Origin: an uncultured bacterium
Lineage (GTDB): Bacteria > Patescibacteriota > Saccharimonadia > Saccharimonadales > Saccharimonadaceae
Direction of reading: 5' to 3'
DNA: 64,000 bases
NCBI GenBank assembly: GCA_938017895.1
Contig: CALIJI010000010.1
Span: forward strand, 15,045 to 79,044
How positions within the stretch are numbered: the stretch's first letter is position 1; each line of letters begins with the position of its first letter. The notes under the pieces were generated by a model. It was not told where the DNA came from and did not search any database. It saw nothing but the letters and a program-made list of their open reading frames with translations. Positions 18,002-27,457 of this stretch are shown piece after piece. The position numbers and the translations under genes were made by a program.

Positions 18002-19291
18002 CTATTTTTCAAAAAGCTTAGAAATCTCAGCGTTTAATTCATTAACCTGCCCAACTTCACCACCACTAACCGCACCAAAAGACCAGCAGTTTGCGTCAAT
18101 AAATTCACGCGCAACCTTAAGCATTTTATCAAGTGAAATCTCACGAATTAACTCTGGCTGCTTTTCAAAATCACGAATTCCACCATCCCAGAAATAACGA
18201 CCAGCATAAAATCCAGCTGTCGAAGCTACCGTTTGGCCACTCATCTGAAAAGACCCTAGCGCAAAACTCTTCATCGCTTCAAGCTCAGTCTCAGAAATTT
18301 CACCATTCAAGATTCGCTTTAATTCTGTTACGACAAGCTCAAAAAGCGGTTTAGCAGTATCAAAATTAGTTTGGCCTTCAAAATCCCACGAAGAATCATT
18401 TACTCCACGCGATGTTCCAGAATAAATACCATAAGCTAAACCTCGTTTTCGAGCCTGACCAAAAATACGCGAATGCATAGTGCCAGTTATAATGTGGTTC
18501 AACGCATCCATAGCATCCATTTCATCATCCAACAGCTGACGTGGTAAAACTAGTGACAAGCCAAAGCTAATATTTTTTAGATCTGGGCGTGCAATATAAA
18601 CTGGTTCATGTGGCGTTTCTAGTGGATCAGTTATAAGATCAAATCTTTCACCTCGCGGTAAAGAAATTTGTTCAAGGTTGGCAATGATTTTATTGCGGCG
18701 CGATTCATCAATTTTTCCAGCAATAACAAATCGTAAGTTGTCAGTAGTGTGAGTCCGCGTGTGATGCTCACAGATATCAGCCAGCGAAATGTTATCAATT
18801 GTTTTGAGGCGCTGCTCATAAGTTAGAACTTTTTCACCAAAAGCCTGCTGAATTTTTGGCCACAAAAGGCGTGCGTTATTATTTAGATACCCAGTCAATT
18901 CATTGCGAACATTACCCTTTTCAGCCAGAAATTCAGTTTCATTAAATTTTGGTGTAGCGATCGAAAGAAGCTGAAGGTCTAGAATTCTCTCCCATTCAAA
19001 ATCAGCACAATCAGCAATATAAACCATATTCATATCAGATGTGGAGGCGTTATGATAGGCACCATTTTTAGTAAACTCAGCTTCAAATTCATGCTCGCTA
19101 GAAAATTTTGCATTAGCACCAAAAGCCATATGCTCCATTATATGAGCAGTTTCATAAATTTTATGACTTTTAGTATACCTTGAACCTGCTCGAAACTGAA
19201 ACCGAAAGCTCATCACGGTCGCATCTGGAACATTTATAAGAAGACCGCGCGCGCCATTTTTTAGGCGCACTTCTTCAACGAAATGCCGCAT
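18002..19291 (-). CDS. M16-family zinc peptidase (pitrilysin-like)
   Basis: Inverted zinc-binding motif HIMEHMAF (HxxEH). Confidence 0.75.
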   Translation of the reverse strand: MRHFVEEVRLKNGARGLLINVPDATVMSFRFQFRAGSRYTKSHKIYETAHIMEHMAFGANAKFSSEHEFEAEFTKNGAYHNASTSDMNMVYIADCADFEWERILDLQLLSIATPKFNETEFLAEKGNVRNELTGYLNNNARLLWPKIQQAFGEKVLTYEQRLKTIDNISLADICEHHTRTHTTDNLRFVIAGKIDESRRNKIIANLEQISLPRGERFDLITDPLETPHEPVYIARPDLKNISFGLSLVLPRQLLDDEMDAMDALNHIITGTMHSRIFGQARKRGLAYGIYSGTSRGVNDSSWDFEGQTNFDTAKPLFELVVTELKRILNGEISETELEAMKSFALGSFQMSGQTVASTAGFYAGRYFWDGGIRDFEKQPELIREISLDKMLKVAREFIDANCWSFGAVSGGEVGQVNELNAEISKLFEK

Positions 19292-21964
19292 TTATTTTCG
19301 GCCCTTTTTCTTGTTTTGACGCTGAGCTTTTTTAGTTTTGCGAGCCTTGTTTTTGCGAGCATTCCTCTCGGACACAGTCGAAGATTTCTTGGCGCTAAAA
19401 TCATCATCTCGATTCTTTTCACCAGCTAAAACTTCATTCACGCCAGATTCTACAGAATTTTCAGCAAGACGCGTCAATTCGGTTTCGTGATCCTCTTCAC
19501 TACGAGCTAGAACATCACTCTGCTGAATATGAGTAATAATTCGAACTGCTTCATCACGTAAAGTATTCTGTAATCCATCAAATAGCTTCTGACTCTCGGA
19601 ACGATATTCAACTAATGGATCGCGTTGACCAACACTTCGCCAGTGGATTCCTTCGCGCAAATGATTCATATTCTCGAGGTGGTTCATCCATAAAGTATCA
19701 AGAATCTGCATATAAACTTCGCGCTCGATCTTTTGGATTGTGTCTTCACCTAGCTCAAATTCTTTTTCAGCGTAAATATCGTCAGCGATCTGTTTAGCCA
19801 ACGAAAGACGTTTTTTATCATTTTTAATTCGGCCAATCGCTTCAACTGTATCACGTTCAACCGGGAAGAATTCTAGGAAATTATCAACGAAATCTGGATT
19901 ATTTTTTGAAGGAAGTTCCACTAATTCACGAACCTTATCCTCAAACAAAGCTTTAATTTGCGGAGTAATATCTTCGCCCTCAAGAATTTTTCGGCGCATC
20001 GTATAGACAACTTTTCGATGGCGATTAATTACGTTGTCATATTGAACAACATTTTTACGCGTGTCGAAATTGAATCCTTCAACTCGTTTTTGAGCATTTT
20101 CGAGAGTTTTAGAAACAGATTTGTGCTGAATTGGTTGATCATCAGGCACACCAAGTCGATCCATAAGCATAGCAATTCGCTCTCCTTGGAAAATTCGCAT
20201 TAGATCGTCTTCGGTTGAAACAAAGAATTGTGTCTCACCTGGATCACCTTGACGGCCACCACGACCACGGAACTGGTTATCAATTCGACGCGATTCGTGA
20301 CGCTCTGAACCAATTACAACCAAGCCACCAAGCTCTTTTACACCTTCACCAAGTTTAATGTCAGTTCCACGACCAGCAATGTTCGTTGCAAGCGTAATTG
20401 CGCCTTTTTCTCCAGCACGCGCCACAATCGCAGCTTCATGCTCGTTATTTTTGGCATTCAGAAGGTTGTATTTTATGCCTTCCTTATCGAGATATTTGGC
20501 GATTTGTTCATTTTTTTCAATTGAAGCCGAGCCGACCAAAACTGGACGACCGGCTTTGTGGTGTTTTTTAATTTCTTCAGCAACAGCTTTAAGCTTAGCT
20601 TTCTCAGTCTTAAAAATTAGATCTTCTTTGTCATCACGAATAACTGGTTTATTCGAAGGAATTTGCACAACCTCCAAAGAGTAAATCTGCTGAAACTCTT
20701 CAGCTTCAGTAAATGCGGTTCCGGTCATACCTGAAAGTTTTTTATAAAGGCGGAAGAAATTCTGGAATGAAATTGTTGCGAGCGTCATCGATTCTTGAAG
20801 CACTGGCACTTTTTCTTTTGCCTCAATCGCTTGATGCAAGCCTTCGTTGTATCGACGACCATTCATTAAACGACCAGTGTGTTCATCGACGATAATTACT
20901 TCTCCGTCATTAGTCACCACATAGTCTTTATCTCGCTTAAATAGAGTTTGCGCACGCAAAGCTTGATCCATATGATAAACTGCGCGCGAATGCTCTGGAG
21001 TATAAAGATTTTTCATATTGAGAAGTTTTTCAACTTTATCAATTCCAGAATCAGTCAATGAAACACTGCGGCGCTTCTCGTCAGTTTCGTAATCTTCATC
21101 CGTTAGCTGGGCGGCAATTTTAGCAAACTGAATATATGCCTCTGGGTTCTCCGCAGCTGGAGCCGAGATAATCAATGGAGTTCGAGCTTCATCGATCAAA
21201 ATTGAGTCAACTTCGTCAACGATAGCAAAGTTAAGATCACGCTGACGCAATAAATCAACTTCATTCACCATATTATCACGCAAATAATCAAAGCCAAATT
21301 CATTATTTGTACCATATGTAATATCAGCATTATAAGCTTCTTTACGTGTAGCAGGTCGAAGGCGACGCATTTTTTCATCTTCGTGCGATTCGTTGTCGAA
21401 CTTAGGATCATAAATATAGCTTGCTTCATTCACAATCACACCTACTGACAAACCTAGAAAATCATAAAGCTCACCCATCCAAGAAGCGTCGCGCTGAGCT
21501 AAGTAGTCGTTAACTGTCACTACATGAACGCCCTTACCTTCAAGCGCGTTCAAAGAAACTGGTAGAGTAGCTACCAAGGTCTTACCTTCACCAGTTTTCA
21601 TCTCGGCAACCTTTCCTTCGTGAAGCACCATTCCGCCAATTAGCTGAACATCAAAATGGCGCATTCCAAGCGTACGAGTTGAAGCTTCTCGCACCAACGC
21701 AAAAACATCCGGTAAAATCGTATCAAGTGTTTCACCTTTTTTATCAAGCTTTTTTCTGAATTTAGCAAAACTTTCTTTTAATTCATCATCAGATTTTTTA
21801 GCATATTTTTCGCTTAAAGCATTAATCTCATCAACTTTTTTTTGCAGTCGCGCCAAAATTCGCTTTTGCGGATCACCAAAAATCTTCGTTAGAATTTTTT
21901 CAGTCTTACTTTCTTCTATCATCACATTTTTTTTCGCAGTTTTTTTAGACATTTCCTTCTCCAT
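19292..21964 (-). CDS. secA: Preprotein translocase ATPase SecA
   Basis: Full-length SecA with DEAD-like motor motifs (GEGKT, DEVDSILIDEARTPLIIS) and a C-terminal basic tail. Confidence 0.95.
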   Translation of the reverse strand: MEKEMSKKTAKKNVMIEESKTEKILTKIFGDPQKRILARLQKKVDEINALSEKYAKKSDDELKESFAKFRKKLDKKGETLDTILPDVFALVREASTRTLGMRHFDVQLIGGMVLHEGKVAEMKTGEGKTLVATLPVSLNALEGKGVHVVTVNDYLAQRDASWMGELYDFLGLSVGVIVNEASYIYDPKFDNESHEDEKMRRLRPATRKEAYNADITYGTNNEFGFDYLRDNMVNEVDLLRQRDLNFAIVDEVDSILIDEARTPLIISAPAAENPEAYIQFAKIAAQLTDEDYETDEKRRSVSLTDSGIDKVEKLLNMKNLYTPEHSRAVYHMDQALRAQTLFKRDKDYVVTNDGEVIIVDEHTGRLMNGRRYNEGLHQAIEAKEKVPVLQESMTLATISFQNFFRLYKKLSGMTGTAFTEAEEFQQIYSLEVVQIPSNKPVIRDDKEDLIFKTEKAKLKAVAEEIKKHHKAGRPVLVGSASIEKNEQIAKYLDKEGIKYNLLNAKNNEHEAAIVARAGEKGAITLATNIAGRGTDIKLGEGVKELGGLVVIGSERHESRRIDNQFRGRGGRQGDPGETQFFVSTEDDLMRIFQGERIAMLMDRLGVPDDQPIQHKSVSKTLENAQKRVEGFNFDTRKNVVQYDNVINRHRKVVYTMRRKILEGEDITPQIKALFEDKVRELVELPSKNNPDFVDNFLEFFPVERDTVEAIGRIKNDKKRLSLAKQIADDIYAEKEFELGEDTIQKIEREVYMQILDTLWMNHLENMNHLREGIHWRSVGQRDPLVEYRSESQKLFDGLQNTLRDEAVRIITHIQQSDVLARSEEDHETELTRLAENSVESGVNEVLAGEKNRDDDFSAKKSSTVSERNARKNKARKTKKAQRQNKKKGRK

Positions 21965-22023
21965 TAAAACAGTATAAAATCTATTACAATTTTATCATAA
22001 TTTTAACACTAAAAAAAGCCCCT

Positions 22024-22377
22024 TTAAAGGACTTTCATTAACTTTTTGGCTATTTCTACTATTTTATTATTAGGAGAAATAATCTTATGGTTAGCGATAG
22101 ATTCAATCTCCTTATTTAAAGTCCTAAGCATACAAGATGCCTCAGCATCCCCAGCCAAAGATATAACATCAGAATACAATTTAATATTGTTGCTAGACTC
22201 GATTTTTTCGCTATCCCTAATTATTATTAAATTATTCTCTGACAAAAACAATAAAATAGGCTTTTTTATAATTTTATCATTTTTGATCTCATAAAAATCT
22301 AAATAAATTGTATTCTCATAAATATCAACAGCCACAAACCTACGGCCGTATTTTTTGAAAAGTTTTGCTTTATCCAT
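22024..22377 (-). CDS. Hypothetical protein
   Basis: 117-aa ORF between secA and hpf with no recognizable motif. Confidence 0.4.
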   Translation of the reverse strand: MDKAKLFKKYGRRFVAVDIYENTIYLDFYEIKNDKIIKKPILLFLSENNLIIIRDSEKIESSNNIKLYSDVISLAGDAEASCMLRTLNKEIESIANHKIISPNNKIVEIAKKLMKVL

Positions 22378-22424
22378 TTTTTCACCCCCTAAAATAATAA
22401 AGTTACACCATTATACAATATTTT

Positions 22425-22460
22425 TAGCAAAAAATAAAATCGCGCCGTTTTGACGCGATT
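22425..22460 (-). terminator. Intrinsic terminator after hpf
   Basis: 7-bp GC-rich stem AATCGCG/CGCGATT followed by a U-run on the minus strand. Confidence 0.6.
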
Positions 22461-22471
22461 ACTACAGTAAC

Positions 22472-22840
22472 TTATCCTCGTTTAAATGAGCGCTTAAACT
22501 TTGCCATAATACCAGCTTTACCAAGGCGTGGATTTTTTTCGGTCTTGTAACGGCGGATCTGTCCGTCAAGCTTGGCTTCAACAATATCAATCGCAGCAAG
22601 AACATTCGAGCTTTGATCTTTCGCTACCAAAGTTTTATCTGGCACATCAACGATTACTTCAACTTCATATTTGTTGTCGTGAGCACCATTGATTTGAGAA
22701 ATCAAAACCCGCGCCGATGCTGATTTTTTAGCATGTCGTGGTAGATATTTATCTAATTTACCAATATGCTTAATTGCATATTTTTTTGTATTTTCATCAA
22801 CTTCGTATTTATTTCCTGTAACTTCAATCTGTGAAATCAT
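22472..22840 (-). CDS. hpf: Ribosome hibernation promoting factor (short HPF/RaiA)
   Basis: YfiA/HPF fold signature: an N-terminal beta strand, then KLDKYL, and a conserved acidic C-terminus. Confidence 0.8.
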   Translation of the reverse strand: MISQIEVTGNKYEVDENTKKYAIKHIGKLDKYLPRHAKKSASARVLISQINGAHDNKYEVEVIVDVPDKTLVAKDQSSNVLAAIDIVEAKLDGQIRRYKTEKNPRLGKAGIMAKFKRSFKRG

Positions 22841-22870
22841 GTCTTTCCTTTTCTGTTAATTACTACTCAA

Positions 22871-22899
22871 ATATTAGCATAAACCTTTTTGATTGTCAA
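22871..22899 (-). promoter_or_regulatory. Promoter TTGACA-17-TAATAT for hpf
   Basis: Perfect -35 with a 17-bp spacer, and SD AAAAGGAAAG before the ATG. Confidence 0.5.
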
Positions 22900-22932
22900 G
22901 AAAAAAGCCCGCGAACGCGAGCTCTACACCAA

Positions 22933-23196
22933 CTACTTAAGCTTGCCTATAACTTCCTTGATTTTATCTGGATTAAACCCAACAAAAGGTTCTAGACCTA
23001 AATCTCTTGGATCTAGAAACGGAGCACCTGCCAGACCGTAAATCCGCTTCAACTCGTCAGTCATTCTTACTATAGAACCATCAGTATCATCATTTACATT
23101 GTAAACAATGAAATTCTCCAAAGCACCCGCGTCTCTCAATAACTTTTTAGTCATATTGCAAGCTGGACAATTATTTGTTATGAAAAGTACTGGCAT
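22933..23196 (-). CDS. Glutaredoxin-like (NrdH-like) thiol-disulfide oxidoreductase
   Basis: CPAC redox motif in a thioredoxin fold of about 87 aa. The likely start is the ATG at 23194-23196, with SD AAGGTGG. Confidence 0.65.
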   Translation of the reverse strand: MPVLFITNNCPACNMTKKLLRDAGALENFIVYNVNDDTDGSIVRMTDELKRIYGLAGAPFLDPRDLGLEPFVGFNPDKIKEVIGKLK

Positions 23197-23257
23197 AATA
23201 GCCACCTTCTTTCTTAATTTATTTATATTTCAATTATAACATAAGTAAATTAAAAAG

Positions 23258-23303
23258 CACTATATATAGTGTTGTAAAATATACATACACGCTAAATATA
23301 GTG
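23258..23303. promoter_or_regulatory. Tandem NrdR-box-like palindromes
   Basis: gCACTATATATAGTGt (23258-23271), plus a second 6/8 + 8/8 half-site match ending in ATATAGTG at 23296-23303. The ATATAGTG cores are 32 bp apart. Confidence 0.5.
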
Positions 23304-23313
23304 CTTTATAGTT

Positions 23314-24588
23314 CTAGATTTCTTTTCTGCCACCCATAAATGGTTGCAAAACTTCTGGGATAATTAAATTATCTCCATTCTGGAAGTTTTCGAGTATTGC
23401 TACCAAACAACGCGCAAGCGAAACGGCTGTACCATTGAGTGTATGAACTACCTGTAACTCACCACTAGTTCTACGCACACGAATGTTTAAGTTTCGCGCC
23501 TGATAGTCAGTACAGTTCGAGCAGCTAGTAATTTCACGATACTTACCGTCAACTGGGCTCCAATATTCAATATCGTATTTCTTTGAAGCTGGCGCGCCCA
23601 AATCACCACTAGCAATATTGATTACACGATATGGGATTCCTAGATCTTGATAAATTTCCTCTTCGACAGCCAGAATTTTTTCGTGAGCTTTAGCACTTTG
23701 TTCCGGTAAAGTATAGGCATACATTTCAAGCTTATTGAACTGATGAACTCGGAAAAGACCACGTGTGTGCTTGCCGTAAGTCCCCGCCTCTTTGCGATAG
23801 CAAGGCGAATAGCCAGCATAAAAAATTGGTAAATCTTTTTCGTTCAAAACCTCACCAGCATGATAACCAGTTAGCGACATTTCGGCAGTTGCAATTAAGC
23901 TTAGATCTTCACCTTCGATGAAATATTCATCACTTTGCTCACTCGAACGAGGCGCAAAACCAGTTCCCGTGGCAACTTCACCATTAACCATATGCGGAAC
24001 GGTCATAAAATTAAAACCTTTCGAAAGCAGTTTATTTAGCGCAAACTGATAAATAGCATTCTCTAAAAGCGCTAAATCACCTTTCAAGAAATAAAACTTT
24101 GCACCAGCAACCTTCGCTCCACGCTCAAAATCAACCCAGTTTTTATTCATTGCAAAATCAAGATGATCTTTTGCACCAACTCGCTCTGAACCAAATTTTT
24201 GTTCAGCTAACTCAATTCCCCACTCCTTCACAACTTCATCTTCACCTTCTTCACCAATCGGCACATCTGGTTGGAGTATATTTGGAATAGCATTTAATCC
24301 AGCATTCAATTTCTCCTCAATATCGCGAAAGTCACTTTCAAGCTCTGCAAGTTCAGTCTTGATTTTTTTACCCTCAATTATGTTTTCTTCAGAAGGTTTA
24401 CCACCATCTTTTTTCATCAAATCAGAAATTTGATTACGACGAGCGCGCAATTCATCAATCTTATAGGTTAGCTTCTTTCTTTGATCATCAAGTTCAAGAA
24501 CCGCATCAACATCAGTTTTATAGCCTTTGTTTGCAGTATCTTTTTTAACTTGCACCAAATTTTCACGAATAAATTTTATATCTAGCAT
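23314..24588 (-). CDS. serS: Seryl-tRNA synthetase
   Basis: N-terminal coiled-coil arm and class II motifs. Confidence 0.95.
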   Translation of the reverse strand: MLDIKFIRENLVQVKKDTANKGYKTDVDAVLELDDQRKKLTYKIDELRARRNQISDLMKKDGGKPSEENIIEGKKIKTELAELESDFRDIEEKLNAGLNAIPNILQPDVPIGEEGEDEVVKEWGIELAEQKFGSERVGAKDHLDFAMNKNWVDFERGAKVAGAKFYFLKGDLALLENAIYQFALNKLLSKGFNFMTVPHMVNGEVATGTGFAPRSSEQSDEYFIEGEDLSLIATAEMSLTGYHAGEVLNEKDLPIFYAGYSPCYRKEAGTYGKHTRGLFRVHQFNKLEMYAYTLPEQSAKAHEKILAVEEEIYQDLGIPYRVINIASGDLGAPASKKYDIEYWSPVDGKYREITSCSNCTDYQARNLNIRVRRTSGELQVVHTLNGTAVSLARCLVAILENFQNGDNLIIPEVLQPFMGGRKEI

Positions 24589-24650
24589 GATTAAATTATA
24601 TCACAAAAAGCAACCTCCTTGAAGAGGTGCTTTTAATGTATATTTTAGTA

Positions 24651-27134
24651 TTAAGGGTTATTAGATTTTTTACCAGAATCTGGATTAATCCAATTGCTCC
24701 TATAGTTAGGTTGAACTTTTCTAGTTGGACTATTATTGTTCGGAACTGGATTTGAAGGAAGGGTAGCTTTTGGACTGGAGCTAGTGTTAGAATTGGGATT
24801 AGCTACAACCTTAGAGTTAGCTTTTTGAATAATTTGATTCAAGAATTTTTCCTGATCAGCCGTCATATCATCGCGAGTCTCTGGGTTAGTGAGCGCATTA
24901 TTAGCCATACTTATGACACTAGATAGCTGATCTTGGCTCATATTATCTATAGCATTCAAATAGTTAGTAGTTTCGCCAGGACGAAGCGCAGTTAAGCTTT
25001 TCGCAGTCATGTTTGCATACGCCCCAGGATCAGACATAGCTTGGCCCATAACACTTTCGGCCATAGTTAAACCATTTGAAAGCTTTTGAGTAGTAATACC
25101 ACCTTGAGTATTTCGAGCAACAGTCATGGCGCCCATGAGCGAAGGAGATACAGCCTTCATATCGCCTGCATATCTATCCGTAAACTTCTGCGCAAACTCC
25201 TGCGATACACCCGATGATTTAATAGCGGAAGACATTATATTGGCAATATCGCTCTCCTTTTTTCCGGAATTTTTTGCAGCCCCATACGCAACCCTGAACT
25301 TAGAAAAATCCCCAGACTGCATAGCCCCAACAAGAGAGTTTTCTATAGCTGCATCTTTAGCCGCATCACCATTCAAAGTAGCCCAGCTCCTTGCCATAGC
25401 GACAGATTGCGCAGAGATTTGGTCATCTTCACGCTTTTGCTTAATAGCTCGCAAACCATTTAACGAACGGAGCTGAGAATCTGTAATAGTTCCACTTGCT
25501 TCCATTTGTTCTAGCATAGCAATTCTGCGATCTTCATCATCCCATTTCTGGTTTTCTTCGATAATCTGAGCATTACTATCCGCGCCAAGACGCGAATTAC
25601 GCAATCTACCAGCAATTGAAGCTATCCTTGTTCCTCGCCCAAGCCTGCCTAATTTTTGACCGAGCCCAGTCTTAGGATCTTTATCCCTTCCAGTAAGAGC
25701 GTCTACATTACCCCTACTCCAGTTAGTAGCGTGCTTCGCCACGGAAGTATTACCCATAAATTTATTTGCACCGCCAGCAAGAGAGCTGAGTTTGCCTGTA
25801 ATATTAGCATTGGTTAGCTTATCTAGAGCAGCTAAAGCACCTCTAATTAGAGCAACTACTCCAGCCATCCCCACAAACGGTAATGTCAGATAAAGCCCCT
25901 CAATAAGAAAGCTAAAAGGACCGCTAGCTGTAGCCGCTAAGGTATTGGAAGCTAGCACGGTTAGAGAGACTACAATAGATGCCATAGGATAAATGACTAG
26001 CATAGATTTAAATATACTTTTCCATTTGTTAAAAATTCCTTCGGTATTAGGTAAAATAGCAGAAGCAAAAGCAATCGGTGACAATACAACCAAAATAATA
26101 ACGACCGCCTGACGAATCATTAAAGTAATTATCATCACAACCATTCCAATTAGGGCAGACATAAGAGCCAAAAACATAGTTCCACCAAAAAACACTGCAC
26201 CAGTACTAAGCGCTAAGCCGCCCGCAACAATTTGGCCCAAACTATGAGCTCCACTAGTAGAAGCCCCAGACCATTCTACACTTCCTATTATAGTGTTATA
26301 TATACTTCGCCCTAATATATTAGATGCATCAACCGCAATAACAGATATATAATAAGATACGTTAATTAGAATGGCAAAAATCAAAAGGCGCGGAAGCATT
26401 TTTTTAATGCCATAATTAGAGATACCAAGGCTAGTGATTTGAGAAATTATAACAATCGTAAATAAAATGACAAACAAAACATTGGCTATATCGCGAAAAT
26501 TACCCCATACTTCCATAAGGCTTTTGCCACTACTTTTATCTTGACTGCTGTTAGTGAAAAGCTCATTGGACCTAACCTGCAACATATTATCTGCAATAAA
26601 TTTATACGAATCCATCACTACCTTAGACAAAAAGTTTGCACCAGGACAAACAATCCAACCTACGCCATCAACTTTACATGAGGATTTATCTTCAGAATCT
26701 TCTTTTTCATTCTTGCTTTCCTCTTCCTTTTTTTGGCTAGCTACAGCAGATTCTTGATTTTGCTTTTGGAGTTTTCGCTGGCACTCAGAACTTAAAGTGC
26801 TACCGCCTATAGATGGACCTGCTCCATTAACACAATCATCTTCTTTATTCGGTGTATCTTTACTATTCTTCTGATTACTATTACAGGCTGGATTCTTTGG
26901 TCCATCCGAAGAATTACAATCAATTGGGTTATTATTTTTTTTACTACTATTCTTATCTGTGGATTTATTATTTGTATTTTGCTGAATACTATCACAGCTT
27001 GGATCTTTTGGTCCAGCACCACTACAATTAGCATAAGCCTGATTACCGCTTGAAATAAAATTAACACTAAATATTACAGCGAAAATATACAAAATTATTT
27101 TTTTATTTTTAAACCTAACCCAAAAGTTATTCAT
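24651..27134 (-). CDS. Large Cys-rich polytopic membrane protein with VirB6/TrbL-like architecture
   Basis: Signal peptide, then about 200 aa of low-complexity extracellular sequence with repeated GP(K/N)(D/N)P(S/A)C(D/N)S motifs. About 8 TM helices follow, then a roughly 390-aa hydrophilic C-terminal tail ending in a Pro/Asn/Ser-rich region. Confidence 0.5.
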   Translation of the reverse strand: MNNFWVRFKNKKIILYIFAVIFSVNFISSGNQAYANCSGAGPKDPSCDSIQQNTNNKSTDKNSSKKNNNPIDCNSSDGPKNPACNSNQKNSKDTPNKEDDCVNGAGPSIGGSTLSSECQRKLQKQNQESAVASQKKEEESKNEKEDSEDKSSCKVDGVGWIVCPGANFLSKVVMDSYKFIADNMLQVRSNELFTNSSQDKSSGKSLMEVWGNFRDIANVLFVILFTIVIISQITSLGISNYGIKKMLPRLLIFAILINVSYYISVIAVDASNILGRSIYNTIIGSVEWSGASTSGAHSLGQIVAGGLALSTGAVFFGGTMFLALMSALIGMVVMIITLMIRQAVVIILVVLSPIAFASAILPNTEGIFNKWKSIFKSMLVIYPMASIVVSLTVLASNTLAATASGPFSFLIEGLYLTLPFVGMAGVVALIRGALAALDKLTNANITGKLSSLAGGANKFMGNTSVAKHATNWSRGNVDALTGRDKDPKTGLGQKLGRLGRGTRIASIAGRLRNSRLGADSNAQIIEENQKWDDEDRRIAMLEQMEASGTITDSQLRSLNGLRAIKQKREDDQISAQSVAMARSWATLNGDAAKDAAIENSLVGAMQSGDFSKFRVAYGAAKNSGKKESDIANIMSSAIKSSGVSQEFAQKFTDRYAGDMKAVSPSLMGAMTVARNTQGGITTQKLSNGLTMAESVMGQAMSDPGAYANMTAKSLTALRPGETTNYLNAIDNMSQDQLSSVISMANNALTNPETRDDMTADQEKFLNQIIQKANSKVVANPNSNTSSSPKATLPSNPVPNNNSPTRKVQPNYRSNWINPDSGKKSNNP

Positions 27135-27218
27135 AATGCTTATATTTAATCATACTTTACGTTAAAGTTCAATATTATGCTAATGATTTTATAAAAATAA
27201 TTTTAGCATAAAAAATCC

Positions 27219-27247
27219 TTGACTTTATGCGTCATAATTGATAAAAT
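27219..27247 (+). promoter_or_regulatory. Promoter TTGACT-17-TAAAAT for tRNA-Val
   Basis: Consensus-like elements, with the tRNA 5-prime end about 12 nt downstream of the -10. Confidence 0.55.
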
Positions 27248-27258
27248 TATAAATGTTC

Positions 27259-27335
27259 GGGTGATTAGCTCAGTTGGCTAGAGCATCTCGTTTACACCGA
27301 GAGGGTCTGGGGTTCGAGTCCCTAATCACCCACCA
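27259..27335 (+). tRNA. tRNA-Val (anticodon TAC)
   Basis: Cloverleaf with 7-bp acceptor stem GGGTGAT/ATCACCC, anticodon loop TTTACAC, T-loop GTTCGAGT and an encoded CCA. Confidence 0.9.
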
Positions 27336-27351
27336 GAAATTATTTATTTAA

Positions 27352-27380
27352 AACCGCTTCTATGAGGCGGTTTTAAATTT
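27352..27380 (+). terminator. Intrinsic terminator after tRNA-Val
   Basis: 9-bp stem AACCGCTTC/GAGGCGGTT followed by a T-rich tail. Confidence 0.6.
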
Positions 27381-27457
27381 TACTCTAACAAAATAGGTGC
27401 TTCATAGCAAATTTATCAAGCACCTATTTGTTATAACAGTGATTTAAGCGGAGAATT

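Noticed and set aside
17482-18012. 176-aa minus-strand ORF rich in Cys/Phe/Ser
   Set aside because: It overlaps the well-supported plus-strand gene (promoter, SD, terminator) and the 3-prime end of the M16 gene. It has an antisense-like composition and no start signals.
26807-27067. 86-aa minus-strand ORF inside the 827-aa membrane protein gene
   Set aside because: It is an alternative frame within a long, coherent ORF and has a low-complexity I/V-rich translation, so it is spurious.
27259-27335. Possible integrative element at tRNA-Val or the tRNA-Thr/Tyr pair
   Set aside because: No integrase, recombinase, transposase or direct repeat of a tRNA 3-prime end flanks either tRNA locus.
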